NCBI GenBank assembly: GCA_038209745.1
Contig: JBBQXJ010000085.1
Span: 1-20,251, forward strand
Length of the DNA stretch: 20,251 nucleotides
DNA from: Verrucomicrobiota bacterium
GTDB taxonomy: Bacteria; Verrucomicrobiota; Verrucomicrobiia; Limisphaerales; CANJSG01
Direction of reading: 5' to 3'
Part shown: positions 9,523-17,927 of the stretch, piece after piece
Position numbering within the stretch: position 1 is the stretch's first letter
Layout: each line of letters starts with the position of its first letter
The notes under the pieces: model-generated
Database searches by the model: none
What the model was told of the DNA's origin: nothing
Seen by the model: only the letters and a program-made list of their open reading frames with translations
Program-made: the position numbers and the translations under genes

Positions 9523-9575
9523 GGGCGTTTGATCCGGGAGAACGCTAGCCGGTCGTCCCGAAAACCGCCCCCACT

Positions 9576-9646
9576 TTTACGCTTCCTTAACAATTCTCCC
9601 GCTCCGTCCACACAGTCGCTTAACGGAGGGGGCGTCTATTGTTCAC
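9576..9646. promoter_or_regulatory. Candidate response-regulator binding sites (TTHAC in 11-bp phase)
   Basis: TTTAC 9576, TTAAC 9587, TTAAC 9620 and TTCAC 9642 lie at offsets 0, 11, 44 and 66, in the divergent promoter region between the regulator and the EF-hand gene. Confidence 0.4.
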
Positions 9647-9694
9647 AGAAGCGGGACACAACGAACCGCACGAATCTCAAAACAAAGACCCCAT

Positions 9695-10312
9695 ATGAAA
9701 CACATCACCCAGATCGCGCTGACCGTTCTCACCGTCGGCAGCCTCGCTCTCAGCCTCCAAGCCCAGGACGACGCGCGTCCTCGCCGTGGAGGAATGAACC
9801 GTCCGGGTCCCGGCATGGTGTCGCCGCTCATGAAGGCCCTCGACAAGAACAGCGACGGCGTGCTCGACGCCGCCGAGATCGCCGCCGCTCCCGCCGCCCT
9901 GCTGACTCTCGATACCGACAAGGACGGGGCCCTTAGCCGCGAGGAGCTCAGGCCCCAACGTCCCGACGGCGCCCCTGCAGAAAGCTCCGCCGACCGGCCG
10001 AACCGCCCCGATCGCCCGCAGGGAGATCGTCCCCCCGTGGGTGAGGGCCGAGGCCCTCGCGGCGACATGCCGGGCGGCCCGCGACCTGGCGGCAACCCCC
10101 TCATCGCGGCTCTCGACGCCAACCACGACGGCGTGATCGACGCGACGGAGATCGCCAATGCCTCGACGGCCTTGAAGGCGCTCGTCAAAAACGACGACGG
10201 CTCGATCAGCCTGAAGGACCTTCGTCCCGCCCGGCCCGAGGGCGACGACCAAGAAGGCGGACCCCGCGGTCCTCGTGGGCCCCGTGGTCAAGGCGCACCG
10301 CGCGGCGAATGA
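9695..10312 (+). CDS. Secreted EF-hand protein with Pro/Arg/Gly-rich linkers
   Basis: Signal peptide (..SLQA/QDD). EF-hand loops DKNSDGVLDAAE, DTDKDGALSREE, DANHDGVIDATE and degenerate VKNDDGSISLKD, arranged as two repeated pairs. Confidence 0.9.
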   Translation: MKHITQIALTVLTVGSLALSLQAQDDARPRRGGMNRPGPGMVSPLMKALDKNSDGVLDAAEIAAAPAALLTLDTDKDGALSREELRPQRPDGAPAESSADRPNRPDRPQGDRPPVGEGRGPRGDMPGGPRPGGNPLIAALDANHDGVIDATEIANASTALKALVKNDDGSISLKDLRPARPEGDDQEGGPRGPRGPRGQGAPRGE

Positions 10313-10341
10313 GATGCGCCATTACGGCTTCTTCAAACCAC

Positions 10342-10371
10342 AAAGCCCTCCACCTTGGAGGGCTTTTTTTT
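10342..10371 (+). terminator. Rho-independent terminator
   Basis: AAAGCCCTCCA-CCT-TGGAGGGCTTT hairpin ending in a T8 run, about 30 bp after the EF-hand gene stop. Confidence 0.9.
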
Positions 10372-10381
10372 GGCATCGAAT

Positions 10382-10914
10382 TTAATGAGCGTTGGCCCGC
10401 GCCCTCCCGGTCCACAGGAGGCGCAGGAAACGATTCACCGCCTGGTGCCCCCGCAGAAGCAGCTCTTTCCCGACCGGCACGGGCACCGCGTCGAAGGAGT
10501 CGTCCAGCCGGTTTTGGGCGAGGTTCTCCAGCTGGGTTCCCTGCTTGATCACGACGAACCGGACCGACTCTGAGGGGCTTCCATCCCGATCCCGTCGATC
10601 CGGGCGAACAGGTTCGACTGCTGCCCACTCAGCGTGCCGACAATTACCAGAAGACTGTCAAATCGAGGATCCTCCGCCTGTTTCTCTTCTTGCTCGGCCA
10701 CCTCCCGCTGCAACCGATGAAGCTCCCTCTGCAGGACCCCCACTGTTTCGTCTTTTGCCTCCAACCGGCCGCGCATCTCGTCTGCTTCAAGTCGCAGTCC
10801 GGTCAAAGCCGCCCGGTTCTGGAGGCTTTACTTCAGGAGAAAGAGACCCAGCCCCGACAGCGCGAGCAGTCCGAGGATGATGGCGAAGTTTCGCTGCGGC
10901 GCAGGAGGATTCAT
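10382..10914 (-). pseudogene. Disrupted gene for a membrane-anchored coiled-coil protein
   Basis: ATG 10914 overlaps the upstream stop (ATGA). Reads MNPPAPQRNFAIILGLLALSGLGLFLLK, then in-frame TAA (10828-10830), then SLQNRAALTGLRLEADEMRGRLE.. in the same frame. A second frame from about 10570 reads ESVRFVVIKQG..NRFLRLLWTGRARANAH* ending at 10382. Confidence 0.6.
10389..10447. repeat. Dispersed 59-bp repeat, copy 1
   Basis: Ungapped 51/59 identity with 18592-18650, same orientation. Confidence 0.85.
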
Positions 10915-11432
10915 TGCCCGGGAAGTCTCAGGATGTTGATCACGGGACGCGGCGTGATCGACTTCGGAATCGCCGGGGCCTGGAGCTCCACCGAATTCGG
11001 TTCCACGCTGAATCCGTTTCCGGACCGCGCCCGATCTGAAATCAATATGGGCGTCGCTGCCGGCCTGGTCCCGGCCCCCAGCCATAGACCACCGCCGTCC
11101 GCCGCGGCCATTTGTCCCGCCCCCAAATACAAAGAGGCTCCGTGGTCCATGCGGACGAAAACACCCGTCGCGCTTCCCTCTGCGTGGCCCAACGCCAAGG
11201 TCGGGGCGTAGAAAGGATTCACCAAGGTTTCGTCGACCAGAAACGACTTCGACGCTTCAGCCGGCGCCGCAACCGGCTTCGGTGAAGCGGCAGGCATCAC
11301 GAGGGCCTCCTGCTTCTTCATTGTTTGCCCGCCGCGATACCACACGCCGCCGGCCACCAGCGAGCAGGCGAGCAGAACGAACCATTTGCGGCGGGCACGC
11401 TGTCTCAGATCCACATCACCGTTGAATTTCAT
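10911..11432 (-). CDS. Hypothetical membrane-anchored protein (173 aa)
   Basis: ATG 11432 (MKFNGDVDLRQRARRKWFVLLACSLVAGGVWY): basic stretch plus TM helix. Its stop overlaps the next ATG. Confidence 0.6.
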   Translation of the reverse strand: MKFNGDVDLRQRARRKWFVLLACSLVAGGVWYRGGQTMKKQEALVMPAASPKPVAAPAEASKSFLVDETLVNPFYAPTLALGHAEGSATGVFVRMDHGASLYLGAGQMAAADGGGLWLGAGTRPAATPILISDRARSGNGFSVEPNSVELQAPAIPKSITPRPVINILRLPGQ

Positions 11433-11537
11433 AGGCTTCTTTATCGACCAACGAACCGCCCCACCTCTTCTCTGGCTAACGCTTTGAATCCTTGGAATCA
11501 ACCGCCTTCGCGCGTCGGACACGGGCCGGTCACGCCT

Positions 11538-12509
11538 TCAGTTGCGGAAATCGTGGTGGCAGGATGCGCATGAGCGGTTGATTCCGTCGAACACCCGGTC
11601 GAGCCGCACATTCAGTTCCGGCGAAAGCCCGTCCTTCCGCTGGCGAAGCAACACCGCCGCTTCGCTGCCCAGTCGCTCCATCGCTCCCGCCCCCTCCAAA
11701 AACGCCGCGCCCTTCCGTTTCGCCTCCTCCAGTCGGGCCGCCTCGCGGAAGTGCTCCATCAGGAGGGTGGCTTCATTCGCCGGATCCAGATCCGGTCGAT
11801 CGGCGGGCGCGACATAGTCCACCTTCCGAGCGGCCTTCAACGCATCCCAGCTCGCATCGATCCCGACCATGGCATCGATCAATCTGGAGACCCCCGCCCG
11901 CTCCGGCAACACAGCGGAGATCGCCGCCAAGGCCTCTGGTGTCAAAGGATGGAACTGCTCCACCGTGCGGTAGAGCCCGGCGTAGTTCGTGTCCGTCCCG
12001 GCGAGATGGAGCCATCGGTCCGCCTTCTCGGGCGTCCATCCTTCCGTCGCGATGCAGGCGATGGCGGCGGCAGCGGGGCCGCGATGTTTTCCATGATGGC
12101 AGTGAAAGAAGATGGGCCCGGAGATCGTCGCAATGGCCTTCTGGATCTGGATCTCGACGTTCGTCGAAACCCCGTCGTAACCGTGCGGCAGATGAATGTA
12201 GCGGATCCCGTGGCGCCGCGCGGTTTCCACATCGGGCTGCGCGCCGTCCACCGTGATGATCGTCTTCACCCCGGCGCGGGCCAACGCGAAGAAGGCCTCT
12301 TCGCTGTCGGGAGCGCTGCCGCTGTAGTAGCGGGAGCCGATCCGGAAGGCGTTGTGGATGCCAGGGATTTCGACGGGATTCACGCCGGACAACGGACCTG
12401 GCTCAGGACCACCGGTCTCGACTGCGGAAGAAGTGCCCGCAACCACGACAACAACCCACGCCACCGCTCCGATCCATCCTGGAATTCTCCGGAAGACGCC
12501 TCTGAACAT
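11538..12509 (-). CDS. Secreted CX5R (PTP/DSP/DUF442-like) domain fused to a C-terminal c-type heme helical domain
   Basis: N-terminal signal/TM, HNAFRIG..YSGSAP, GVKTIITVD, YIHLP, P-loop FFHCHHGKHRG, and a helical C-terminal half ending SCASCHHDFRN*. Alternative start at 12533. Confidence 0.85.
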   Translation of the reverse strand: MFRGVFRRIPGWIGAVAWVVVVVAGTSSAVETGGPEPGPLSGVNPVEIPGIHNAFRIGSRYYSGSAPDSEEAFFALARAGVKTIITVDGAQPDVETARRHGIRYIHLPHGYDGVSTNVEIQIQKAIATISGPIFFHCHHGKHRGPAAAAIACIATEGWTPEKADRWLHLAGTDTNYAGLYRTVEQFHPLTPEALAAISAVLPERAGVSRLIDAMVGIDASWDALKAARKVDYVAPADRPDLDPANEATLLMEHFREAARLEEAKRKGAAFLEGAGAMERLGSEAAVLLRQRKDGLSPELNVRLDRVFDGINRSCASCHHDFRN

Positions 12510-12550
12510 CGTGGGTGAAGTCTCCAGATCCATCCGGACGACGCAAGCCC

Positions 12551-12702
12551 CCGTAGGCCGGGCCTCCCTGCCCGGCAACTCGGCGGGCGTTGCCTCCGGC
12601 TGTGGGGAGCGGGCCACGATGTCTGGAAGTCCCGGTGCGAACGGGGTTGGTTCACGGAGGAGCAGCGGCGCGGACTTGCCGGGCGACGAGGCCCGGCCTC
12701 GG
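12551..12702. repeat. REPIN-like element: inverted pair of GTAG-type REP palindromes
   Basis: Left arm CCGTAGGCCGGGCCTCCCTGCCCGGCAACTC (12551-12581). Right arm 12673-12702 reverse-complements to CCGAGGCCGGGCCTCGTCGCCCGGCAAGTC. Spacer about 90 bp. Confidence 0.75.
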
Positions 12703-12718
12703 GGGAACCGCCCCCGCG

Positions 12719-15325
12719 TCATTTCCTGTCGAACTTCAGCTCGTCGTCCTTGCCGACGCCGACCTTGATGTGGTCGCCGGGCTTGAACTCGCCGTCCAGC
12801 AGCTTCATCGCCAGCGGATCCAGCAGCTTCTCCTGGATGGTGCGGCGCAGCGGCCGGGCGCCGAACTGCGGATCGTAGCCCTCGCGCCCGATGAGCCTCT
12901 TGGCGCCGTCATCGACCTCCAGCGTGATCCGCTGGGCATCGAGCCGCTTGCCCACGGTCTTGAGCTGGATCTCCACGATGTGCGCGAGCTGCTCCTCGTC
13001 GAGGCTGCCGAAGACGATCGTGTCGTCCACGCGGTTGAGGAACTCCGGCCGGAAGTGCCGCTTCAATTCGGCCATCACCTTGTCCTCCATGGTCTGCCGC
13101 GCACCGATGGCGTTCTTACCGTCCATGAAATACTCCTGGATGATCGGAGAGCCGATGTTCGAGGTCATGATGATGACGGTGTTCTTGAAGTCGATCGTGC
13201 GGCCTTGGCCATCCGTCAGGCGACCGTCGTCCAAGACTTGGAGCAGCACGTTGAAGACGTCATGGTGCGCCTTCTCGATCTCGTCGAAGAGGACGACGCT
13301 GTAGGGTCGGCGACGGACCGTCTCGGTGAGCTGCCCGCCTTCGTCGTAACCCACGTAGCCCGGAGGCGCGCCGATGAGCCGGGAGACGGAGTGCTTCTCC
13401 ATGTATTCGCTCATGTCGATGCGGATCATCGAGTGCTCGTCGTCGAAAAGAAATTCCGCGAGCGCCTTGGCCAGCTCGGTTTTGCCGACGCCGGTCGGTC
13501 CGAGGAAAATGAAGGAACCGATGGGACGGTTCGGATCCTGCAATCCGCTCCGGGCGCGCCGGACCGCGTTGGCCACGGCGACGATCGCCTGCTTCTGGCC
13601 GACGACACGTTTGCCGAGACGCTCCTCCATCTTCACCAGCTTCTCGCGGTCGCCCTCCATCAGCTTGGTCACGGGGATTCCGGTCCAAGCTCCGACCACG
13701 CTGGCGATGTCCTCCTCGGTGACTTCCTGCCGGAGCAAAGACTGTTTCGCCGTCACGACGGACTGCTTCTCGACCGAGGCCAGCCTCTTTTCCAGATCGG
13801 GGATCTTGCCGTATTGCAGCTCGGCCGCCTTCTGCAGATCGCCGCGCCGTTGAACCTGTTCCAGCTCGTTTCGCGCCTGCTCCAACTGGGAATTCACGAC
13901 GCTGACGGCGTCGATGGCGGCCTTCTCGTTCTGCCACTGGGCGGTGAGTTTGTGCGACTCCTCCTTCAGATCGCCGAGCGCGGCGTCGAGCTTGTGCAGA
14001 CGCTCCTTGCTGGCGGCGTCCTTTTCCTTCGCCAACGACGTGCGCTCGATCTCGAACTGGAGGATCTGCCTGTCCAGCTTGTCGATGGCGGTCGGCTTGG
14101 AATCGAGCTCCATGCGCAGGCGCGAGGCCGCTTCGTCCATCAGATCCACCGCCTTGTCCGGCAGGAACCGGTCCGTGATGTAGCGATTGGACAACGTCGC
14201 CGCCGCCACCAGAGCCGCGTCCTGGATGCGGATGCCGTGGTGGACTTCGTAGCGCTCCTTGAGTCCGCGCAAGATCGCGACCGTGTCCTCCACGCTCGGC
14301 TCGTCCACCGTCACCGGCTGGAAGCGCCGCTCCAATGCCGCGTCCTTCTCGATGTATTTCCGATACTCGTCGAGCGTGGTCGCGCCGATGCAGCGGAGTT
14401 CGCCGCGGGCGAGCTGCGGCTTGAGCATGTTGGCGGCGTCGGCCGAACCCTCGGCCTTGCCCGCGCCGACCAACGTGTGCAGCTCGTCGATGAAGAGAAT
14501 GATCCGTCCCTCCGCCGATGTGACCTCCTTGAGGAAGGCTTTCAGCCGATCCTCGAATTCACCGCGATACTTCGCGCCGGCGATCATGGCGCCGAGGTCC
14601 ATCGAGACGAGACGCTTGTTCTTCAACGACTCGGGCACGTCGCCGCTGACGATCCGTCGGGCCAACCCCTCGGCGATGGCCGTCTTGCCGACACCGGGTT
14701 CGCCGATGAGCACGGGATTGTTCTTGGTGCGCCGCGTCAACACCTGCATGACCCGGCGGATCTCGTCGTCGCGACCGATGACAGGATCGATCTTGTTCGC
14801 CCGGGCCAGCTCCGTGAGGTCCTTGCCGTATTTCTCCAAAGCCTGGAACTTCTCCTCCGGATTCTGGTCCGTCACGCGTTGGTTGCCGCGCACCTCGGCG
14901 AGGACGGTCATCACGCTGTCGCGGGTGATCTTGTGCTTATGGAAGAGCTTCTTCAGCGCGCTGCCGCCATGGGTGACGAGGCCCAGGAAGAGATGCTCCG
15001 CGCTGACGAATTCGTCCTTCAGCTTCTTCGCCTCGTCCTCGGCCGCATCCAGCGCCTTCTTCAAGTCGATCGAGAGGTAGATGTCCGCCGAACTGGTGCC
15101 CTGGACCTTCGCGCGCCGGTTCAGATCGTCGTCCAGTTCCTTCTCCAACACGGCGGGTTCCACCTTCAGACGCCGGAGAATCTCGGGAACGATCGTATCC
15201 TCCTCCGTGGCCAAGGCGGCCAACAGATGCTCGCCGTCGAGCTGTTGGTGCGAGAGCTGGCGAGCGACGTTCTGGGCCTCCTGCATCGCCTGCTGGGACT
15301 TGGCGGTAAAGCGGTCGAAATTCAT
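12719..15325 (-). CDS. clpB: ATP-dependent chaperone ClpB
   Basis: 868 aa. Clp N domain, NBD1 GEPGVGKT / ILFIDE, long coiled-coil M domain (..[11 protein letters not shown]), NBD2 GPTGVGKT / [18 protein letters not shown]. Confidence 0.98.
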   Translation of the reverse strand: MNFDRFTAKSQQAMQEAQNVARQLSHQQLDGEHLLAALATEEDTIVPEILRRLKVEPAVLEKELDDDLNRRAKVQGTSSADIYLSIDLKKALDAAEDEAKKLKDEFVSAEHLFLGLVTHGGSALKKLFHKHKITRDSVMTVLAEVRGNQRVTDQNPEEKFQALEKYGKDLTELARANKIDPVIGRDDEIRRVMQVLTRRTKNNPVLIGEPGVGKTAIAEGLARRIVSGDVPESLKNKRLVSMDLGAMIAGAKYRGEFEDRLKAFLKEVTSAEGRIILFIDELHTLVGAGKAEGSADAANMLKPQLARGELRCIGATTLDEYRKYIEKDAALERRFQPVTVDEPSVEDTVAILRGLKERYEVHHGIRIQDAALVAAATLSNRYITDRFLPDKAVDLMDEAASRLRMELDSKPTAIDKLDRQILQFEIERTSLAKEKDAASKERLHKLDAALGDLKEESHKLTAQWQNEKAAIDAVSVVNSQLEQARNELEQVQRRGDLQKAAELQYGKIPDLEKRLASVEKQSVVTAKQSLLRQEVTEEDIASVVGAWTGIPVTKLMEGDREKLVKMEERLGKRVVGQKQAIVAVANAVRRARSGLQDPNRPIGSFIFLGPTGVGKTELAKALAEFLFDDEHSMIRIDMSEYMEKHSVSRLIGAPPGYVGYDEGGQLTETVRRRPYSVVLFDEIEKAHHDVFNVLLQVLDDGRLTDGQGRTIDFKNTVIIMTSNIGSPIIQEYFMDGKNAIGARQTMEDKVMAELKRHFRPEFLNRVDDTIVFGSLDEEQLAHIVEIQLKTVGKRLDAQRITLEVDDGAKRLIGREGYDPQFGARPLRRTIQEKLLDPLAMKLLDGEFKPGDHIKVGVGKDDELKFDRK

Positions 15326-15333
15326 AGCCGGTT

Positions 15334-15362
15334 TGTGTAGTTTTGAACCTTATCAGTGTCAA
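15334..15362 (-). promoter_or_regulatory. Candidate sigma70-type promoter for clpB
   Basis: Minus strand TTGACA (15362-15357), 17-bp spacer, weak -10 TACACA (15339-15334), ending 8 bp before the ATG. Confidence 0.3.
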
Positions 15363-15401
15363 CTTGCCCCATCAAACCACCACCCAATCCTTGACCGACT
15401 C

Positions 15402-15419
15402 TGCGCCATAATTGTCACA
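15402..15419. promoter_or_regulatory. Imperfect palindrome upstream of clpB, candidate operator
   Basis: TGCGCCA-TAAT-TGTCACA (arms 5/7 symmetric) in the divergent clpB/GT2 intergenic region. Confidence 0.3.
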
Positions 15420-15493
15420 AAAAAGGATACAGCCGGTCATTGGCCACTATTTTCCCTTTCCGCCCACCCGTCCTCTCCGCTCACACTCCTCCG

Positions 15494-16456
15494 GTGCCCG
15501 AAACCCTGCCCACCGTCACGATCATCATTCCGGCCAGACCCGATGAACGGGAGGTGAAGGCGCTCTCGGCCGTCCGCGCCCTCGACTACCCACCCGACCG
15601 CCTCCAAGTGGTGTTGGCCCGCGGCAAACATCCTTCCGTCCAGCGCAACCTCGCCCTGCGCCAAGCCACCGGCGAGATCGTCTACTTCCTCGACGACGAT
15701 TCCCTGCCCTCTCCCGACGCCCTCCGCCGCGCGGCCGAACACTTCCGGCAACCGGATGTCGTCATGGTCGGCGGGCCCAACCTCTGCCCATCCGACGCGC
15801 CGTTTCTGGAGCAGGCCTTCGCCCGCACGATGGCCGCCTGGCTGGCGTTCGGTCCCAGCCGGGCCCGCTATTGGCCCGTCGGCGCCACCCGAGCCTCCAG
15901 CGAAAAGGAGCTCATCCTCTGCAATCTCCTCGCCCGCCGGGAAGCCGTGTTGGCGGAGGGAGGCTTCGACGAAGCGCTCTACCCGAACGAAGAGAACGCC
16001 CTGATGGACGCCCTTCAAAAGCGGGGTTTGAAGCTCGTCTACGACCCCGCGCTCAGCGTCCATCGCCGGCCGCGCCCGACTCTGTTCCGTTTCGGAAAAA
16101 TGCTGTTCAACTACGGTCGAGGTCGCGCCGAACAGTTCCGCCTGCACCCGACCATGGGCTCCGCGGTCAACTTCGCCCCCCCGCTCTTCCTCGTCTACGT
16201 GGAGACCTTCGCCTTCCTGCCGACCCCGTTGAGGTGGCCGATGGCGCTCTATGGGGTCCTCGTCGTGCTTCAGGCACTGGGGGTGACCGCTAGGCGCCTC
16301 AGCCTCTTCTTGCCGGTGATTCCCCTCATCGTCCTCACGCATGTCCTCTACGGATTTGGCTTTTGGCGCGGCCTTTTCACCCGCCCAAGCCAACGCCCGA
16401 AACCCACCGCCGCCGAAGTGACTCTCGAAGAGGTGCCGCTGTTACGCCCGCGCTGA
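15494..16456 (+). CDS. Glycosyltransferase family 2 with C-terminal membrane helices
   Basis: VTIIIPA, PSVQRNLA..ATGEIVYFLDDD (DxD), CNLLARR..GGFDE, YGRGR, and C-terminal hydrophobic helices. GTG 15494 preferred over TTG 15440. Confidence 0.92.
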   Translation: MPETLPTVTIIIPARPDEREVKALSAVRALDYPPDRLQVVLARGKHPSVQRNLALRQATGEIVYFLDDDSLPSPDALRRAAEHFRQPDVVMVGGPNLCPSDAPFLEQAFARTMAAWLAFGPSRARYWPVGATRASSEKELILCNLLARREAVLAEGGFDEALYPNEENALMDALQKRGLKLVYDPALSVHRRPRPTLFRFGKMLFNYGRGRAEQFRLHPTMGSAVNFAPPLFLVYVETFAFLPTPLRWPMALYGVLVVLQALGVTARRLSLFLPVIPLIVLTHVLYGFGFWRGLFTRPSQRPKPTAAEVTLEEVPLLRPR

Positions 16457-16581
16457 AAGGTCCGACGCAGGCTCCCGCCAAGACGCCATTGGGTCTGCTG
16501 CCGATGGGGGAGCTGCTCTGGTGACTGCGGGGCGTTCTGGAGTTGCCCGTGTCGCATGCAAGAGAGGAGTTCGCGCCCAGG

Positions 16582-16607
16582 CGGCTCGTCGGAAGCCTTC
16601 GACCTAC
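16582..16607 (-). repeat. Single GTAG-type REP-like sequence overlapping the hslR stop codon
   Basis: Minus strand GTAGGTCGAAGGCTTCCGACGAGCCG; its TAG is the hslR stop. Confidence 0.35.
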
Positions 16608-16987
16608 TCCTGCTCCCAGGACTCCATCTGCCGGCGATCCTTCTTGGTGGGGCGGCCGGCGCCTTTGGCGCGGTGGGCGGTGGGGATGAAATTCTTCTCG
16701 CGGGGCTTGGACAGTTCCTCGGGCGGAGTCAGATCTTCCATGAACTGCGGGACCAGCGGCGCGCCGATCCGTTTCGCGACCAGACCGACCACCTTCACGG
16801 TGCGGTGCATCTCTCCGGTATGGGCGGTCAGCGTTTCGCCGATGCGCACCTCGTGGGACGGTTTCTGGGATTTTCCGCCGATCTTCACCTTGCCGCCTCG
16901 GCATGCGTCGGCGGCTTCCGTCCGGGTCTTGAAGAGACGGACGGCCCAGAGCCACTGGTCGATCCGCACGCGGGTCGGTTCGTTCAC
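16604..16987 (-). CDS. hslR: Ribosome-associated heat shock protein Hsp15 (S4 domain)
   Basis: VRIDQWLWAVRLFKTRTEAADACRGGKV, KPSHEV and C-terminal GAGRPTKKDRR. Confidence 0.93.
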   Translation of the reverse strand: MNEPTRVRIDQWLWAVRLFKTRTEAADACRGGKVKIGGKSQKPSHEVRIGETLTAHTGEMHRTVKVVGLVAKRIGAPLVPQFMEDLTPPEELSKPREKNFIPTAHRAKGAGRPTKKDRRQMESWEQE

Positions 16988-17065
16988 GGCGATAGGTTGC
17001 GAGCGGACCGGGACGCCGTCCAGAGTCCTTTGAAGACGGGACCGCCCGGAGCCGTCAGCAAGATC

Positions 17066-17506
17066 ATGAAAGCATCGCTCCTCCTCTCCGCCGGGTTGAT
17101 GCTAGGCGCGGTCGCCGCCTCGGCCCAGGCCCACTCCAAGATCCAATACCGCACGCCGGTCACGGAAGCCACGCCGTTGGGCTTCACCCTGGTGGTGCAG
17201 TCGCGGCCGGATGGGGGAGGAGTTTGCTACGCTCCGCCGAGCCCGTCGGTGGTCATTGTCCCCAGCTTGGGCGGCAGCACCTATCGCGGAACCTACTACG
17301 CCCGGAACGTGTCCTACGGGAACGGCAACTTCGGCAGGCTCAACGTGTCGGGTTACAACTACAACTACGGCTACGGCGGTGGGAGTTCCTTCGGTTGGAC
17401 CGGATCCGGTCATGGCTATGCCGGCGGTTACCGAGGCCATTGCGGTGTGGTGGCGGGGCAGCCCTCGTGTGGCCGTACCCTGGCGGCTCGGCACTGCGAC
17501 TATTGA
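17066..17506 (+). CDS. Secreted Gly/Tyr-rich hypothetical protein (146 aa)
   Basis: Clear signal peptide MKASLLLSAGLMLGAVAASAQA, a G/Y/N-rich C-terminal half and four Cys. Confidence 0.7.
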   Translation: MKASLLLSAGLMLGAVAASAQAHSKIQYRTPVTEATPLGFTLVVQSRPDGGGVCYAPPSPSVVIVPSLGGSTYRGTYYARNVSYGNGNFGRLNVSGYNYNYGYGGGSSFGWTGSGHGYAGGYRGHCGVVAGQPSCGRTLAARHCDY

Positions 17507-17578
17507 CGCTGCGCCAGATCGGGCCATGGGAAAGGCGCCGGGGTTGGGATCCTTCGGTGGGACGAAACCGCTCCTTCA

Positions 17579-17654
17579 CGGTGCGAGGACACGCGACCTG
17601 CAAAGACACTTCGTGAATCCAGCGCGGATCGAGGCCCGGTCCCCCGAACGGGTG
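17579..17654. repeat. Degenerate tail-to-tail REP-like doublet
   Basis: CGGTGCGAGGACACGCGACCTGC (ends like CCTAC) and GAGGCCCGGTCCCCCGAACGGGTG (starts like GTAGG), separated by 29 bp. Confidence 0.3.
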
Positions 17655-17689
17655 TTTTTAGCTCCGCTTTTAAGACGATCCTTATAAGT

Positions 17690-17869
17690 TCCAAGTCGCT
17701 CCAAGCTCTGCTCTACCAGCTTCCGGTCGATCGCCCGCGGCATCCGGAGAAAATTCATGCGGCCATAGCGGCCCATCATGACCACGTCCCACACGCTCAC
17801 CGGGAAGGTCCAATCCACCTCCTCGGACTGCGGCACATAGGCCATCCAGTTTCGGCGCCGGGCCACATT
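17690..17869 (-). pseudogene. Internal fragment of a Mn/Fe/Zn ABC transporter ATP-binding gene (SitB/MntA/ZnuC-like)
   Basis: [52 protein letters not shown] is the Q-loop region typical of metal ABC ATPases. No Walker A before it and no LSGGQ/Walker B after it. Confidence 0.85.
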
Positions 17870-17927
17870 CGCGCGCCGCTTCGGGACGGTTCTGGTCAAT
17901 GCCGGATGGGCCCCCTACTTTCTCCCG

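Noticed and set aside
10828..10830. Stop-codon reassignment or programmed readthrough of TAA
   Set aside because: TAA ends other genes here (6336-6338, 19813-19815), and the same gene also has a frame switch, which favours decay.
12590..15340. 916-aa ORF on + strand
   Set aside because: Antisense shadow of clpB caused by high-GC codon bias.
16556..17065. N-terminal 170 aa of the 16556-17506 ORF
   Set aside because: Antisense to hslR. The real start is most likely ATG 17066, where the signal peptide begins.
17576..17899. Functional 107-aa ABC ATPase
   Set aside because: It lacks Walker A, signature and Walker B; only about 60 codons are homologous.
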